Source: Candidatus Uhrbacteria bacterium
GTDB taxonomy: Bacteria; Patescibacteriota; Patescibacteriia; UBA9934; GWF2-40-263
DNA: 64,000 nucleotides
Direction of reading: 5' to 3'
Assembly: GCA_016219925.1 (NCBI GenBank)
Contig: JACRJU010000003.1
Coordinates: 22,505 to 86,504, forward strand
Part shown: positions 11,125 through 22,399 of the stretch, one piece after another
Layout: each line of letters begins with the position of its first letter
How positions within the stretch are numbered: position 1 is the stretch's first letter
Translations under genes and position numbers: made by a program
The notes under the pieces: model-generated
The model's input: only the letters and a program-made list of their open reading frames with translations
Told to the model about the DNA's origin: nothing
The model's database searches: none

Positions 11125-11857
11125 AGCGAAAAAATCATACGGCCAAAATTTTTTGGTGGATGAAACCGTCGTTCAAAAAATTCTCGCGGCGGCTGAAATC
11201 AAACCGGGCGAAGCGGTTTTAGAAGTGGGACCGGGCACGGGGGTGCTCACGCGAGCACTTGTTGATGCGGGCGCACGCGTCGTTGCGGTTGAGGCGGATC
11301 GTGATTTGATTGCTGGTCTGAAGAAAGCATTTGGCGAAACCATCACGCTGATCGAGGGCGATGCCCTTGCCCTTCGCGCTCCTCTTCCATTCGAGAATCG
11401 AGCGTACAAGCTTGTTGCGAACATTCCCTACAACATCACCTCGCAACTTTTGGAACATTTTTTTACGACTTCTCCGCGGCCGTCACGGATGGTTCTAATG
11501 CTCCAAAAGGAAGTGGCTGATCGCCTCACAGCCGCGCCTGGAGATATGAGTCTGTTGAGCGTGGTGTGTCAGCTTTACGCGCGCGTTGAGCGCATGGCCG
11601 TTGTGAAGGCCGGGGCTTTTCGTCCCATGCCAAAGGTGGATTCTGCTATTGTCCGTTTTGATTTATATCCCAATGTCCATCCTGAAGCGGTGATTGCTCT
11701 TGCCAAGCGGGGCTTTGCCGCTCGACGCAAGCAACTCAAGTCCAATCTCGGAGCGGCTGTTGTCCCGACGCTTGAACGCATGGATTTGCCTAAAACCGCT
11801 CGAGCACAAGAACTTTCTGCCAAGCAGTGGATCGAGTTATCCCTAGGGCTTTCATAG
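11114..11857 (+). CDS. rsmA: 16S rRNA dimethyladenosine transferase
   Basis: KKSYGQNFL, EVGPGTG, ANIPYNI, PKVDS. Confidence 0.96.
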   Translation: MLPRAKKSYGQNFLVDETVVQKILAAAEIKPGEAVLEVGPGTGVLTRALVDAGARVVAVEADRDLIAGLKKAFGETITLIEGDALALRAPLPFENRAYKLVANIPYNITSQLLEHFFTTSPRPSRMVLMLQKEVADRLTAAPGDMSLLSVVCQLYARVERMAVVKAGAFRPMPKVDSAIVRFDLYPNVHPEAVIALAKRGFAARRKQLKSNLGAAVVPTLERMDLPKTARAQELSAKQWIELSLGLS

Positions 11858-11883
11858 AGCTTTTGTTATAATAGCAACAGACT

Positions 11884-12588
11884 ATGGCTATTAAGCGCGT
11901 GAGAACTTCCCAGCCTCGGGCACTCACGGCCGAGCAGAAGGTTGCTTTTGCGATCTTGTTGTTTTTGGGTTTGGGGGGTTTTGTTTTAGGCTTCCGTTCG
12001 TTTGGCAGTGCCATCAGACGGCCGTTTGATTTGCAGATTGCCAAGTATTTAAGCGGCGAAAAATTCATGACGAGCGAACAACGCCAGCAGAAGGATCTCG
12101 AAGCTTCCAAAACGCGCGACACCGATGGCGATGGCCTGAACGATTACGACGAATTATACGTTTATAAAACCAGTCCTTACCTCACCGATTCTGATTCCGA
12201 TGGATTTGACGACAAAACAGAAATTTTTTCCAACAACGATCCGAACTGTCCTCAAGAGAAGGACTGTTCCAAAGGGCCGACTCAAGAAGGAGTGGCTAAA
12301 GAGGAAATTCTTCCAGGTCTCAATAACGCTTTTGCGGATACCGCCGGCATTCTCGCTTCCGGGAAGGTTGATTTTAAGAATCCAGAGGACGTGAAGAATT
12401 TTTTCCGTCAAGCGACCATTGAAGAGATCCGCAAAGCTCTTATTCAAGCCGGCGTTCCCAAAGATCAGTTGGACCAGATTAGCGATGAGGATTTGACGAC
12501 ATTTTTTAACAGCACGCTTGATGACGCTTCCAATGCAGGAGCTTTTGATGCTCTCGTAAAGCCGCCGGACGAGTCGACTTCGCCTTAG
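11884..12588 (+). CDS. Membrane-anchored protein with TSP3-like Ca-binding repeats
   Basis: N-terminal TM; DTDGDGLNDYDE and DSDSDGFDDKTE. Confidence 0.75.
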   Translation: MAIKRVRTSQPRALTAEQKVAFAILLFLGLGGFVLGFRSFGSAIRRPFDLQIAKYLSGEKFMTSEQRQQKDLEASKTRDTDGDGLNDYDELYVYKTSPYLTDSDSDGFDDKTEIFSNNDPNCPQEKDCSKGPTQEGVAKEEILPGLNNAFADTAGILASGKVDFKNPEDVKNFFRQATIEEIRKALIQAGVPKDQLDQISDEDLTTFFNSTLDDASNAGAFDALVKPPDESTSP

Positions 12589-12589
12589 T

Positions 12590-15500
12590 ATGAATAGTGA
12601 TCGCAAACAATTTCGGCGTTGGGTGGGTGCGATAGGAGTGGTTCTTTTTGGATTCGTTCTCGTGATTCCGATTTTTTTGGCTCGTCCAGCTCTTGCGGTC
12701 GGAACAGAACAAACGGCGCTCGCGGGCGCACAGGCCGAGGTGACGTGTCATTCCGCTCCCTATGCTCCGCCTTGTATCGGCCAGCAGATTAAAGATGTCG
12801 CAACTATTCTGGGTGACCGCATTGTTCAGCCGACGTTTAAGATCGCCCTTGTCCAAGGACTTTTGAATATCTCTCAATTCGTCGTGAACCGTTTGGCTTA
12901 TGAAGCCGCACTTATCGTCGCTAACGGAGGACCGGGACAGGGCTCCTTGTTTTATAAAAAATCCGCTCTTCAAGGATTTAAAGAATTTGGACTTGAAGCG
13001 GCCGGCGAAGCTGTAGCCGACTTGAGTGACGCGCTCAATAGTAGTTTGGGGACGAAGTTTGATTTGTGTCTGCCGCCCGGTGCCGGATTCACGCTGGGTC
13101 TTCAGATCGGGATCGCGCAAAAATATCAACCACAGAAACCCCGCTGTGACATCAACGAAGTGGTGAATAATTGGTCAAGCTTTGTGTCGGATGCGTACAG
13201 CACCGTGACGGATCCTGATAAAGCCAGTCATGCTATTCTTTCAAAATTTGCCGAATCGCTTCAGCCGGGACGCAACGAGTTAAGCGCTTCGGTTAAGCTC
13301 AATATTGAATTGCAAAAAGAGGTTGCAGAGAAGAAACAGGCTGAGATCACTGAACGCACAACAGAAAAGCCCGCAGTGAAAGACGTCAAGGATCCCGTAA
13401 CCGGAAAAACGAAAACGCCGGCAAAAGTTGCCGAGAATGATTTTTTGGACAAGATCAAAAAAGCCGTGACAGGCGAGACCACCCAGCTTAAAGCGCAAGA
13501 CCTTGCGGGATTTGGGGATGCGATGAGTGGTCTAGCCCTCACAGCCGCTTCGACGTTTACCAATACCCTCCTGTCGCAACTGTTCAACAAAATTTACAAA
13601 GGATTGTTTGACGTGAAACCAGACAGCAAAACATCTTTCAATGTTGAAGCGGTAGCGGATCAAGGACAAAATCCAGAGCAATTTTCCAAACTCTTTGCGA
13701 CGACACCCATTGCCACAGGGGATTACAATGCCCTGACAGAATTTGTTGTGTGCCCTCCGCAAGGCGTTGCCAATCGCGGTCTGAATAACTGCGTGATGGA
13801 TTCGAATTTCCTTTCGGCGATCTCTCGGGGCAACTCGGGTGCGCCTCTTACCGTTCAGGAGGCGATTGATCAGGGGCTCATCAGCGGTAGTTGGCCGCTC
13901 ATCTCGCCGTCAGATTTATCCAAAAATCAAGATCCTTTGTGCTATACCTATGGATTCTGTTACGGCAACCTGGTGAAACTTCGCAAAGCGCGCGTTCTGC
14001 CGATCGGCTGGGAGCTTGCGGCTTTGAATAATAAAGTTTCCAAACCGAGCAGCTTGCAGGAGATCATCAACAACTTCAATTCCTGCAATAGCTTCGGAGC
14101 CATCGATGGCGAGCATCCGTTCTGTCACCTGGTCGACCCTAACTGGGTACTTAAATATCCTGATACCCAGTGCCGCGCGACGGTGAACGGCGAGATCAGG
14201 CTTACGGCGCTTAGTCCGGGGCGACAAAGCGTCTGTGCCGACGCGCCGAGCTGTCTGGGAGAAGACGGTTCGGGCAAGTGCGTGGAGGGCTATGGGTATT
14301 GTGTGCGCGAGAAAAACGTGTGGCGGTTTCGCGGCGATGAATGTCCGGCACAGGCCGCTGGGTGTCTTGCCCTGACGAATACCCAAACGAACGACCGCCA
14401 AGCTTACACGATCAACACGGTTGATTTTAGCGTTTGCGGACAGCAAAACGCCGGGTGTCAGTGGTACCGAACAAACAAAAATCTTTCTACAGCCGGGACG
14501 CCCACTCTTACAGATGATACTTATGAATGGTTAGTGGCGGGTGAAAATTATAACACGACAGGGCCGACAGACCGAGGGGACGATTGGAAATTTGATAAAA
14601 ACGGAACTTCTACTCCACGCGTTTCTTATGTTGTGAACACTCCCGTGCGTTACTCCTATGAAGATCGCCTGTATCTGACGCGTGCGGTTCAGAGTTGTTC
14701 GCAAAATGATGCAGGATGTTCCGAGTTGATCGCTGGAGCAGGAGGATCCATCTTGAATTTGATTCCAAATCCAAGTTTTGAGATTGACGAGAACACCGAT
14801 GGCATTCCGGATCATTGGCTTCCGCAGAATTTGGCGGCCAATAAGATTATGATTGATTCTTCAAAGCCGGCTGCTCGCGGGAAGAACGTTCTTAGGCTTA
14901 TCAACGTGCCCAATAACGCCGCTCTTGTTCAACGTTTTGATCTGCAACCGAATCAGTTTTATACCTTGAGTTATTTCTTTGCTTCAGTTGCGGCCATCAA
15001 TGCTCCAGGAACGGTTCGGATGCAGTTTTCGGGTCCAAACGGCACCCCCGTGAGTTATAGCGGACTGTCTATTTCAGGTTGTACGGTTTCAAATGTCTTT
15101 GCGGGAGAGATTGATTCATCCGTGAGCGCCACTTCGGATTGGCAGCGGACGAGCTGTACCTTCGGAGTTCCATCACCAGCCTCACAGCTCAAATTGATGA
15201 TTGAATCGCCCGGTGTACGCTACGACGGTTTTCAGCTCGAGCCGCGTGAAGTGGCCAGTGACTTTGTGGAGGGGATTCATATCGGAAACGCCCAGACGCA
15301 ATACACGAAAGTCGCGCCCGCCTATTTGAAGTGCACAGGTGCGACCACAGATTCAGCCGCCTGTAACACGTATGCACAGATGTGTCAGGCCCAGGATGTT
15401 GGCTGTAATCGCTACACGCCGGACAATGGAGATCCGTCCGTGCCCGCCATCGCAAACGATTTGGATGCGTGTCCAAGCGAATGCGTGGGATATGATACGT

Positions 15501-18500
15501 TCAAACAAGAAGCCACAACGTATGATGACGAAGCATTCCCCGTTTATTTCATTCCTGCAAAAGCCAAGGCATGTACCGCTGAACAGGTGGGCTGTGATAG
15601 CTTCACGCGTTTAAGTGCTGCACAAGAAGGCGGCGAGCGCGTAGAAACTTATACGAATTTGCGCGCATGCGTGACGCCGGCGATGGCCGATGGTTCGGCC
15701 AACAATAAGACAACCGCGACGTTCTTCACATGGGAAGGATCAGACAATGCGGGCTATCAGTTACGCTCGTGGACGCTTCTTAAATCCAACATGCCGGACA
15801 ATCAGTCCATGGCGCAGCAATTGGCGGATGTTTCACTGACAGAGACCAATATCGGCCAGGCTCCCTGTACGAAGTGGCGAGTCAATGGTCCAAGCGAATT
15901 GATTTGTGAAGATTCCGTCGGAGGACATCTGAACGAGGTGGCGCACAACACGGTCTGCGACGCGCACGAAGATATTTTCACCAATCCAAATTGCCGCGAA
16001 TTTTTCGATACACAAGGAAAAGTTCATTATCGACTTTTTTCTGACACCGTCACCGTGAATGAGGAATGTGCCCCCTATCGAAAAGATACCTCCACACTTT
16101 CCGATTGCAATAATTCCGGGGGTTTTTGGGATGTCCAGACGGGTTTCTGCCGCTACTTCGGACTCTCGAGTGAAAGCAAGAGTTGTCCGGCCGCGGTGTC
16201 TGGTTGCCGTTCTTATACGGGTGGAACAGGCAGAAATTCCGCGACTTTGCTTTCAGAAACATTTGAGAGCGGGTCGTTTGTGGGATTCAAGCCGTATAAC
16301 GTTCAAGGGAATGCCTCATTGCTTATTAGTAATGAGTCTATTGCAACCGACGGACATTCCTTGCGCGTTGCGGTGAATAACGGCACCGCGGGAGTTTCAA
16401 CCACCCAGTACTACTTAAACAACGCAAACGCAAATGTTTCCTACGATCCAACCAGCGACGCGACAAAAGCCGCGACGTGTACGGCGTTTAACAATGGAGC
16501 ATTCGCACACAAAATCTCGCCAGCGGGTTGTGAGATTGATGCCGGCAACAATGGAAGTGTCGAATGTGTGGTCGGGCCCGGGGAGCACAGTTGCGGTCCG
16601 CTCGTGAATAAACTCGTTTCCGGCAAAACGTTCCTGCTTGAGTTCTGGGCAAAGGGCGATGGGAATCTGCGCGTGCGATTTGTCGGAAACGGCGGAGCCG
16701 TCGGCGGCGTTTCGAATAATCTTTCCGATCCATTCCCGCTTACAGCCGATTGGCGCGTGTATAAGCTCGGGCCACTGGATTCAAGTTCCATGAGCGCGAT
16801 CAACAAAGATAGCGTTCTGGTGTTTGATGCCGGTCCCGGAAAAACTTTTTATCTCGATAATCTCGTGCTGAAACAAGTGGAAGAAAACGTAACTATCGTG
16901 AAGGATTCCTGGGTCATTCCATCTACGTGCGACAGCACTCCCGCAGGTATCAACTCGCCGCAATACTATTTGGGTTGCCGCGCGTACAGCGATCAGATGG
17001 GCGCGGCTCATTCGTTGTATCGCTTCTCGCGGCTGTGTTCGGACAAGGTCGTGGCCTGTCAGGCCTTCTTCCAAACTCAACAGTCCAAATCTCCTTACAG
17101 CCGCGCCTACAATGTGCGGTGCGCCAAAGGGACAAACGGCGATTTATCCAAGCCCACAGTAGTCAATCAGGCGACAGCGTGTACGGTTGATAGCGTCGAG
17201 TACTGCACGATCGCAGCCGGCCGTTCGTTCTGCACGTTTGATTACGATGGGTTGTTTGGCGAACTCCTGCCGCGTCAAGGCGATTTTGGAATCGTCTATG
17301 GTCCGGAAACCGTGTTGACGCCTTCGGACCGCATTGTGTATTTCGTAAACGACGGTTCGAAAAACTGCGACTCTGGCCAAGCCGGATGTCAGGAAATGGG
17401 TAAACCAAAATACGCGCAGGATCAAAAGAAAGTTGACGGGTTTGAGAGCGTTTATTTCATCAACAATCCCGAGCAGTACGGACAGACCCTTTGTGACAAC
17501 GATGCGCTATTCTGTCAGGAATACGGCTCAACAAAGGACGGCAATTTCTATTTCAAAGATCCGCTCAAAAAGACGTGCGATTATCGGACGAGTGTAGAAA
17601 TTAACGGAAAGAAATATAGCGGTTGGTTCCGGACAGGGACATCGGAGTCTTGTTATCCGGGGTATGTGGTCGGGGGAGATCAAGCCGGCATCTGGAAAAA
17701 TGGAGATAGCTCTTATGATGGTTGGGTTGGAAGTTGTGATCAAAGCCAGGACCGTTGTACGGAATTCATCGATATTGTGGATACGGAAGGCGGCTTGAAA
17801 AAAGACGGCACCTCTTATTACTTCATCAACAACGATAAGTTGACCGAGGCGGGAACCGCAAGTCCAACGGCGTGCAAAGGACAGATAAGTCAGAAGCAGG
17901 GATGCGCGCTATTCAATAACCGTAGCCGTTCTGAACTGAATTACAACGCGAGCGTTTCCTATGTCCTTTCCACACATGCCGATGTCTTGCTCAATAAGGC
18001 GCCCAACGCGCTTGTTGATCCGGTGAGCTGTGCGCAGTTAAACGGCGGAGTGTATACCATTTCTGATACGCAGAAGGCTCTGCTCGGGCTTGAGGATTTA
18101 AATCCTGGGCAAGACGGGACGCAAGTGCCGCTGTGCAACACGCGATGTCAATATGTCACGTCATCTGATGATTCGATTCTTTCAAACATGGGCCAGTTCT
18201 ACCAGTCTTTCTCAGACCATGTCAGCTATCTGGAGCGCGCGTGTCTCATGGATTCCGATTGCCCCGCGCTTCAAACGAAAAACGGGCAAGTGGTGAAAGG
18301 ATCCTGCACGAAAGACTATGTTGATGATAACTACAGGCTTTCCAATGATTCCAACACCGTGTTGAAGGTGAACCGCGACCGCAGTTGTAGCGCGTGGCTG
18401 GCGTGCGACAGTTCTCGCACCAGTTTCAACGCACAGAGTAATAAGTATGAACCGATTTGTGATTCGATTAGCTTGTGCGTGAAGGGCGGGAACGTCGGAC

Positions 18501-21500
18501 AGAGTTCGGCGTGTACGCAGTGGGATCCTCGCGCGCCGGAGATTTTGACGAACTACGGTTATTCCAAGCGCGACGTGAACTGGAACGGGTATGAATTATC
18601 TGGGTATGCCATTCCTAATCAACTTCCGGTTGAGTTGTACGATCAGTTTAACGTCAATCCAGCAAAAGCGTGTACAAAAAATGGCGCGTTCGTGAAAAAG
18701 GACGGTTCAGCTTTGCCGGCGAGTGAAAGTCCGGTGGCCTGTGGCGATAATACAGAATGTAAGGGGGGCGGAGTCTGTCAGATAGCTTCGCAAGATTTTC
18801 GTTTGGTTTACAACGCCGGTTCGTGTGATTCTTCTGCGGGCAACGGCGGGGCGTGTCGGGTTGGGCGCTGTTCGATCACCCAAAACGCGTGTTCAAAAAA
18901 TGCGGATTGTTCCGGGGCTGGAAATACGTGTTTGACGGGCGCCTGTCAGGCGGTTGCGACCAAGAATTGTCAGAACGCCGACTGTTCGTGCACATCCGCA
19001 GACGCCAATAACAACAAGAAGGCCAATGCTTGCGAGAATGCGAAGACCGGCGCGAATAAAGACGCCTCTGTTTGCGACCCTGTTGCTGGCGTTTGTGTGG
19101 ATCATCTGACGACGGGGGCGGGTGCCGTAACGTGCGGCCCGGAGAACGCCTGTGTGGACGGCGCCAGCTGCATTGATTCCGCGACGACCGCCCACGGAGC
19201 TTGTTTCAACAATCAGTGCCTGACCAACATTAAGGATACGGACAAGAACGGCTTTGCCGATCCGATTCAAATCTCTTCCGCGCTTGGCCAGTCGTGTCGA
19301 GGATATCCTGAGGCGGATTCGCCATTTCCGTCCAAAGTGGTTGATCAGTGGAGTACGGCCAAAGAGAAACCCGAAAAAGGACTCGATATCAACACGTCTC
19401 TTAATCAGCTCAAGTCATGGTCAACGCCCTATACGTTCAAAACGGGATACGAGGATTCCAGAACATGCGCGGTTGATGCACAGGGGCATATCACAAACTG
19501 CGATTGCAGTTACGATAAAATTTCGTACGGCAAAGGAGCGATTACGCGTTACGAAAATGTCGGGGCATCGCCTAATGCCACGCAAGGATTCTGTTTAGGC
19601 GGCCCGCATGAAGGTTTGCACTGTGCGACAGATGAGGATTGTTCCGAAGGGGATAAGGACAAGGGAACCTGTCTGCGTTTGCAAAAACAGGATACGATTT
19701 TGGGCTGGAGTGGGTTCTGCATTGAAAAAGACTCCTCCATTCAAATCAACGCCAGCACAGATCCGGAGGATCGCGCGTGTTTGACGTGGCTTCCTGTTGA
19801 TCAGCTTTCTGGAGCGACGGATTTGTACGCGAAGTATACGAGTGCGGGGTTTGCTGTCGATCAAACGTTGTATTGTGCGGATATTCAGCCTTCCTATGAC
19901 GTAAAGACGACTGCTGTCGGTTGCGGAGAAATTAAGGGACCAGGGTATTGCGGTTGGGATCATGATGATGGGGTTGGCGATGCCAAAGATAATATCGGTG
20001 ACGACGATCCCATTATATTCTGTCCAGACGGATTTTTCGGCGTCATGACGATGTGCGATGAGCTTTCAGAGTCTGGCCATACGATCGCCAATAGTTCAGA
20101 CGGCGATTGCGAAGAAGGAGATAACGATTATCCGTATTTCTGCGTCCCCTATCAATCGAAAAAAACTGAAAACAATCAAACAACGGATTGTATTCCTCCG
20201 ACAGATGCGAATTGGCAAACGAGGGATAATTCTGGACACCCGACCTATCTGTATGTTGACGGTGGCACGTTTGAAACTAAATATAATACATACAAAAATT
20301 GCGTCGTGAAGGGAATTTCTCAAGAGCACATCAGTAAATATTTGTTTAAAGAATCAAACCCATCTCAAGTATCTGAAAACGGTCCGGGGAGTATTTACTA
20401 TGGTTTGACGTATAACTTTGACCAACACGCTTCGTGCAAGTCTCTCGTAGAAACTTCTACGAGCAAGCTTCAACCCGCTGGCAGTAAGAATGTCTATAAT
20501 GTGGCGTGGACGGATCGTTTATGGAAGGCCGGATATACGATTCAGCCGGACAATTCTCCAGAGTTTAGCTATCGATACGCGACATCTCCATCGCTTTTTG
20601 GGCGCGCGGTTCCCCTTGCGACATTGACGGAGAAGCCTGACCCTTCCGCCCCTGTGCTCTCCATGTGTCGCAAAGGTCAGTCAGAAAAGTTCCAAATTCG
20701 CAATCCGCAAAATCCTGATGAGTTTATCTGCGCGCAGCAACAAGATGGCTATCAGCTTAGTGCCGGCGATGCGAGGGGGTTTTATCAGGTTGCGCTTAAT
20801 AGCACCGGTTTTGCGCCGCCAGATGAAAAGTTTTGCAAGGACGGTGGTTGTGCATGTCCGACTAAAAAAACCGTTGAATGCAACTGGCAGAAAAATCCGC
20901 AAGTTCAGAACGATCCTGGACGTCCAGTGACTTGCGGCGACCGAAGGTGTTCTAATAACAACAACGTGGCGTGTGACAGCGAAGACGATTGTCCGAACTG
21001 GGATCCAAAGAGTCCACAGGCGTGCGGAATTGGTTTTCCAGCATGTCCAGCAGGTCAGAACTGTCATTCCCAAATTTGGGGAAATTCAGGAACCTGTTCT
21101 CCTGATTGTAATCCGCAGGGTCAAAGCGTGTGTATAGGCGGACCAAAAAATGAGGAGGCATGTCAGGATGATGGCTTCTGCCGCAACAATCAATGCTTAC
21201 AGGGTGAGTGCGTATCAACGCAACTTCTTCCCGGAGGGACTCCTTTGTCGAATCTTGAACCTCCAGAAAAAGCCAAAACCCGCTTGCAGCAACTTTTCGC
21301 GCTTTCGCTTAATCTTGTGACATTTAATGATGGACTGGTAAACAATCCCGGCGAGGCTGGAAATTCAACGGGGACGTTTAGTGATCCTAGTTCCATTGAT
21401 AAAGGCGCTGCGTGGTATTGGGATGCGCGTTCGCAAGGGGACATCACGGAAAAACCAACACCACCAAAAGTTATTTCGCTCGGCGCATGCGTAGGTTCGA

Positions 21501-22219
21501 AGTGTCGGGAAGGGAAAGAAGGAACGTTTACGGTCAATGACCAGGATTCGGGAAACATTGAGGGAAAGGTTTCGAAACGCGCGACTGTGAGTTTCTTTAC
21601 CTACGCCAACTCCAACCAGATGCCTATCCGCCAGATCGTGGTTGACTGGGGAGACGGGAAGAATTTCGGGGCAATGCCATGGCCGACGGACGCACAGACG
21701 GGTTCGATAGCTAAAGACAACTTTTATAAGAACCATCGAGGGGTGAATGCGTCGGGCCAGGAAATTTGTAGTTCGGCTCCCGATGAGTTTGGCAAAACGT
21801 TTGATGCGTGCAGTTCGAGCTTTGTCGTGTTCAACCATGATTACGTGTGCACGCATGCGGATATCGCCAATAAGCTGGATGGACGCGCGTGCAAGTACGC
21901 CTCCGACGGGCGTCTGCTTAATTCGCCGTGCACGGACGGGAAGCGATGTATTTATCAGCCGCGCGTGAACGTGCAGGATAACTGGGGTTGGTGCACGGGA
22001 TTCTGCAATGCCGGCGCTGATGGGACGAATGGGTGTTTTGGGGGGGATGAACAACCAGGCCAAAATGTTTATAACAACGAGTGCAATATTGATAAGTGTC
22101 CCAGCAAAGCGGAGGATGGAGCACAGGGCACAGCACCATGTCCTGATAAAACGGCAGGGACCGTGAATAATCCTTGGGTAAATTTTGACGGAACAGTTAT
22201 CATTACTCCGGAAGAGTAG
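12590..22219 (+). CDS. Giant (3209 aa) secreted/surface Cys-rich protein with carbohydrate-binding-module-like domains
   Basis: Signal/TM N-terminus, very dense Cys, NLIPNPSFE..W start typical of CBM4_9-like domains, repeated CxGGPxxxxxCxxDxxC. Confidence 0.85.
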   Translation: MNSDRKQFRRWVGAIGVVLFGFVLVIPIFLARPALAVGTEQTALAGAQAEVTCHSAPYAPPCIGQQIKDVATILGDRIVQPTFKIALVQGLLNISQFVVNRLAYEAALIVANGGPGQGSLFYKKSALQGFKEFGLEAAGEAVADLSDALNSSLGTKFDLCLPPGAGFTLGLQIGIAQKYQPQKPRCDINEVVNNWSSFVSDAYSTVTDPDKASHAILSKFAESLQPGRNELSASVKLNIELQKEVAEKKQAEITERTTEKPAVKDVKDPVTGKTKTPAKVAENDFLDKIKKAVTGETTQLKAQDLAGFGDAMSGLALTAASTFTNTLLSQLFNKIYKGLFDVKPDSKTSFNVEAVADQGQNPEQFSKLFATTPIATGDYNALTEFVVCPPQGVANRGLNNCVMDSNFLSAISRGNSGAPLTVQEAIDQGLISGSWPLISPSDLSKNQDPLCYTYGFCYGNLVKLRKARVLPIGWELAALNNKVSKPSSLQEIINNFNSCNSFGAIDGEHPFCHLVDPNWVLKYPDTQCRATVNGEIRLTALSPGRQSVCADAPSCLGEDGSGKCVEGYGYCVREKNVWRFRGDECPAQAAGCLALTNTQTNDRQAYTINTVDFSVCGQQNAGCQWYRTNKNLSTAGTPTLTDDTYEWLVAGENYNTTGPTDRGDDWKFDKNGTSTPRVSYVVNTPVRYSYEDRLYLTRAVQSCSQNDAGCSELIAGAGGSILNLIPNPSFEIDENTDGIPDHWLPQNLAANKIMIDSSKPAARGKNVLRLINVPNNAALVQRFDLQPNQFYTLSYFFASVAAINAPGTVRMQFSGPNGTPVSYSGLSISGCTVSNVFAGEIDSSVSATSDWQRTSCTFGVPSPASQLKLMIESPGVRYDGFQLEPREVASDFVEGIHIGNAQTQYTKVAPAYLKCTGATTDSAACNTYAQMCQAQDVGCNRYTPDNGDPSVPAIANDLDACPSECVGYDTFKQEATTYDDEAFPVYFIPAKAKACTAEQVGCDSFTRLSAAQEGGERVETYTNLRACVTPAMADGSANNKTTATFFTWEGSDNAGYQLRSWTLLKSNMPDNQSMAQQLADVSLTETNIGQAPCTKWRVNGPSELICEDSVGGHLNEVAHNTVCDAHEDIFTNPNCREFFDTQGKVHYRLFSDTVTVNEECAPYRKDTSTLSDCNNSGGFWDVQTGFCRYFGLSSESKSCPAAVSGCRSYTGGTGRNSATLLSETFESGSFVGFKPYNVQGNASLLISNESIATDGHSLRVAVNNGTAGVSTTQYYLNNANANVSYDPTSDATKAATCTAFNNGAFAHKISPAGCEIDAGNNGSVECVVGPGEHSCGPLVNKLVSGKTFLLEFWAKGDGNLRVRFVGNGGAVGGVSNNLSDPFPLTADWRVYKLGPLDSSSMSAINKDSVLVFDAGPGKTFYLDNLVLKQVEENVTIVKDSWVIPSTCDSTPAGINSPQYYLGCRAYSDQMGAAHSLYRFSRLCSDKVVACQAFFQTQQSKSPYSRAYNVRCAKGTNGDLSKPTVVNQATACTVDSVEYCTIAAGRSFCTFDYDGLFGELLPRQGDFGIVYGPETVLTPSDRIVYFVNDGSKNCDSGQAGCQEMGKPKYAQDQKKVDGFESVYFINNPEQYGQTLCDNDALFCQEYGSTKDGNFYFKDPLKKTCDYRTSVEINGKKYSGWFRTGTSESCYPGYVVGGDQAGIWKNGDSSYDGWVGSCDQSQDRCTEFIDIVDTEGGLKKDGTSYYFINNDKLTEAGTASPTACKGQISQKQGCALFNNRSRSELNYNASVSYVLSTHADVLLNKAPNALVDPVSCAQLNGGVYTISDTQKALLGLEDLNPGQDGTQVPLCNTRCQYVTSSDDSILSNMGQFYQSFSDHVSYLERACLMDSDCPALQTKNGQVVKGSCTKDYVDDNYRLSNDSNTVLKVNRDRSCSAWLACDSSRTSFNAQSNKYEPICDSISLCVKGGNVGQSSACTQWDPRAPEILTNYGYSKRDVNWNGYELSGYAIPNQLPVELYDQFNVNPAKACTKNGAFVKKDGSALPASESPVACGDNTECKGGGVCQIASQDFRLVYNAGSCDSSAGNGGACRVGRCSITQNACSKNADCSGAGNTCLTGACQAVATKNCQNADCSCTSADANNNKKANACENAKTGANKDASVCDPVAGVCVDHLTTGAGAVTCGPENACVDGASCIDSATTAHGACFNNQCLTNIKDTDKNGFADPIQISSALGQSCRGYPEADSPFPSKVVDQWSTAKEKPEKGLDINTSLNQLKSWSTPYTFKTGYEDSRTCAVDAQGHITNCDCSYDKISYGKGAITRYENVGASPNATQGFCLGGPHEGLHCATDEDCSEGDKDKGTCLRLQKQDTILGWSGFCIEKDSSIQINASTDPEDRACLTWLPVDQLSGATDLYAKYTSAGFAVDQTLYCADIQPSYDVKTTAVGCGEIKGPGYCGWDHDDGVGDAKDNIGDDDPIIFCPDGFFGVMTMCDELSESGHTIANSSDGDCEEGDNDYPYFCVPYQSKKTENNQTTDCIPPTDANWQTRDNSGHPTYLYVDGGTFETKYNTYKNCVVKGISQEHISKYLFKESNPSQVSENGPGSIYYGLTYNFDQHASCKSLVETSTSKLQPAGSKNVYNVAWTDRLWKAGYTIQPDNSPEFSYRYATSPSLFGRAVPLATLTEKPDPSAPVLSMCRKGQSEKFQIRNPQNPDEFICAQQQDGYQLSAGDARGFYQVALNSTGFAPPDEKFCKDGGCACPTKKTVECNWQKNPQVQNDPGRPVTCGDRRCSNNNNVACDSEDDCPNWDPKSPQACGIGFPACPAGQNCHSQIWGNSGTCSPDCNPQGQSVCIGGPKNEEACQDDGFCRNNQCLQGECVSTQLLPGGTPLSNLEPPEKAKTRLQQLFALSLNLVTFNDGLVNNPGEAGNSTGTFSDPSSIDKGAAWYWDARSQGDITEKPTPPKVISLGACVGSKCREGKEGTFTVNDQDSGNIEGKVSKRATVSFFTYANSNQMPIRQIVVDWGDGKNFGAMPWPTDAQTGSIAKDNFYKNHRGVNASGQEICSSAPDEFGKTFDACSSSFVVFNHDYVCTHADIANKLDGRACKYASDGRLLNSPCTDGKRCIYQPRVNVQDNWGWCTGFCNAGADGTNGCFGGDEQPGQNVYNNECNIDKCPSKAEDGAQGTAPCPDKTAGTVNNPWVNFDGTVIITPEE

Positions 22220-22243
22220 GAAAAGTTTGTCGGCACTTCGGCC

Positions 22244-22395
22244 CTCTGTCATCCTGAAGGAGTTTGTATCGACTGAAGGATCCCGAAGTGTATGGGATCC
22301 TTCGCTTCGCTCAGGATGACAGAGCGGTGTGTCATCCTGAAGGAGTCTTCGACTCCCCGTCATCCTGAAGGAGATTTAATCGACTGAAGGATCTC
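22244..22395. repeat. Cluster of (C/T)GTC-tagged REP-like palindromes left of the GIY-YIG gene
   Basis: Doublet 22244-22324 (CTCTGTCATCCTGA...TCAGGATGACAGAG); further units at 22330 and 22358. Confidence 0.9.
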
Positions 22396-22399
22396 GCGT

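Noticed and set aside
12590-22219. Diversity-generating retroelement target or intein in the giant protein
   Set aside because: No reverse transcriptase, no TR/VR pair differing at adenines and no intein end motifs seen in the window.
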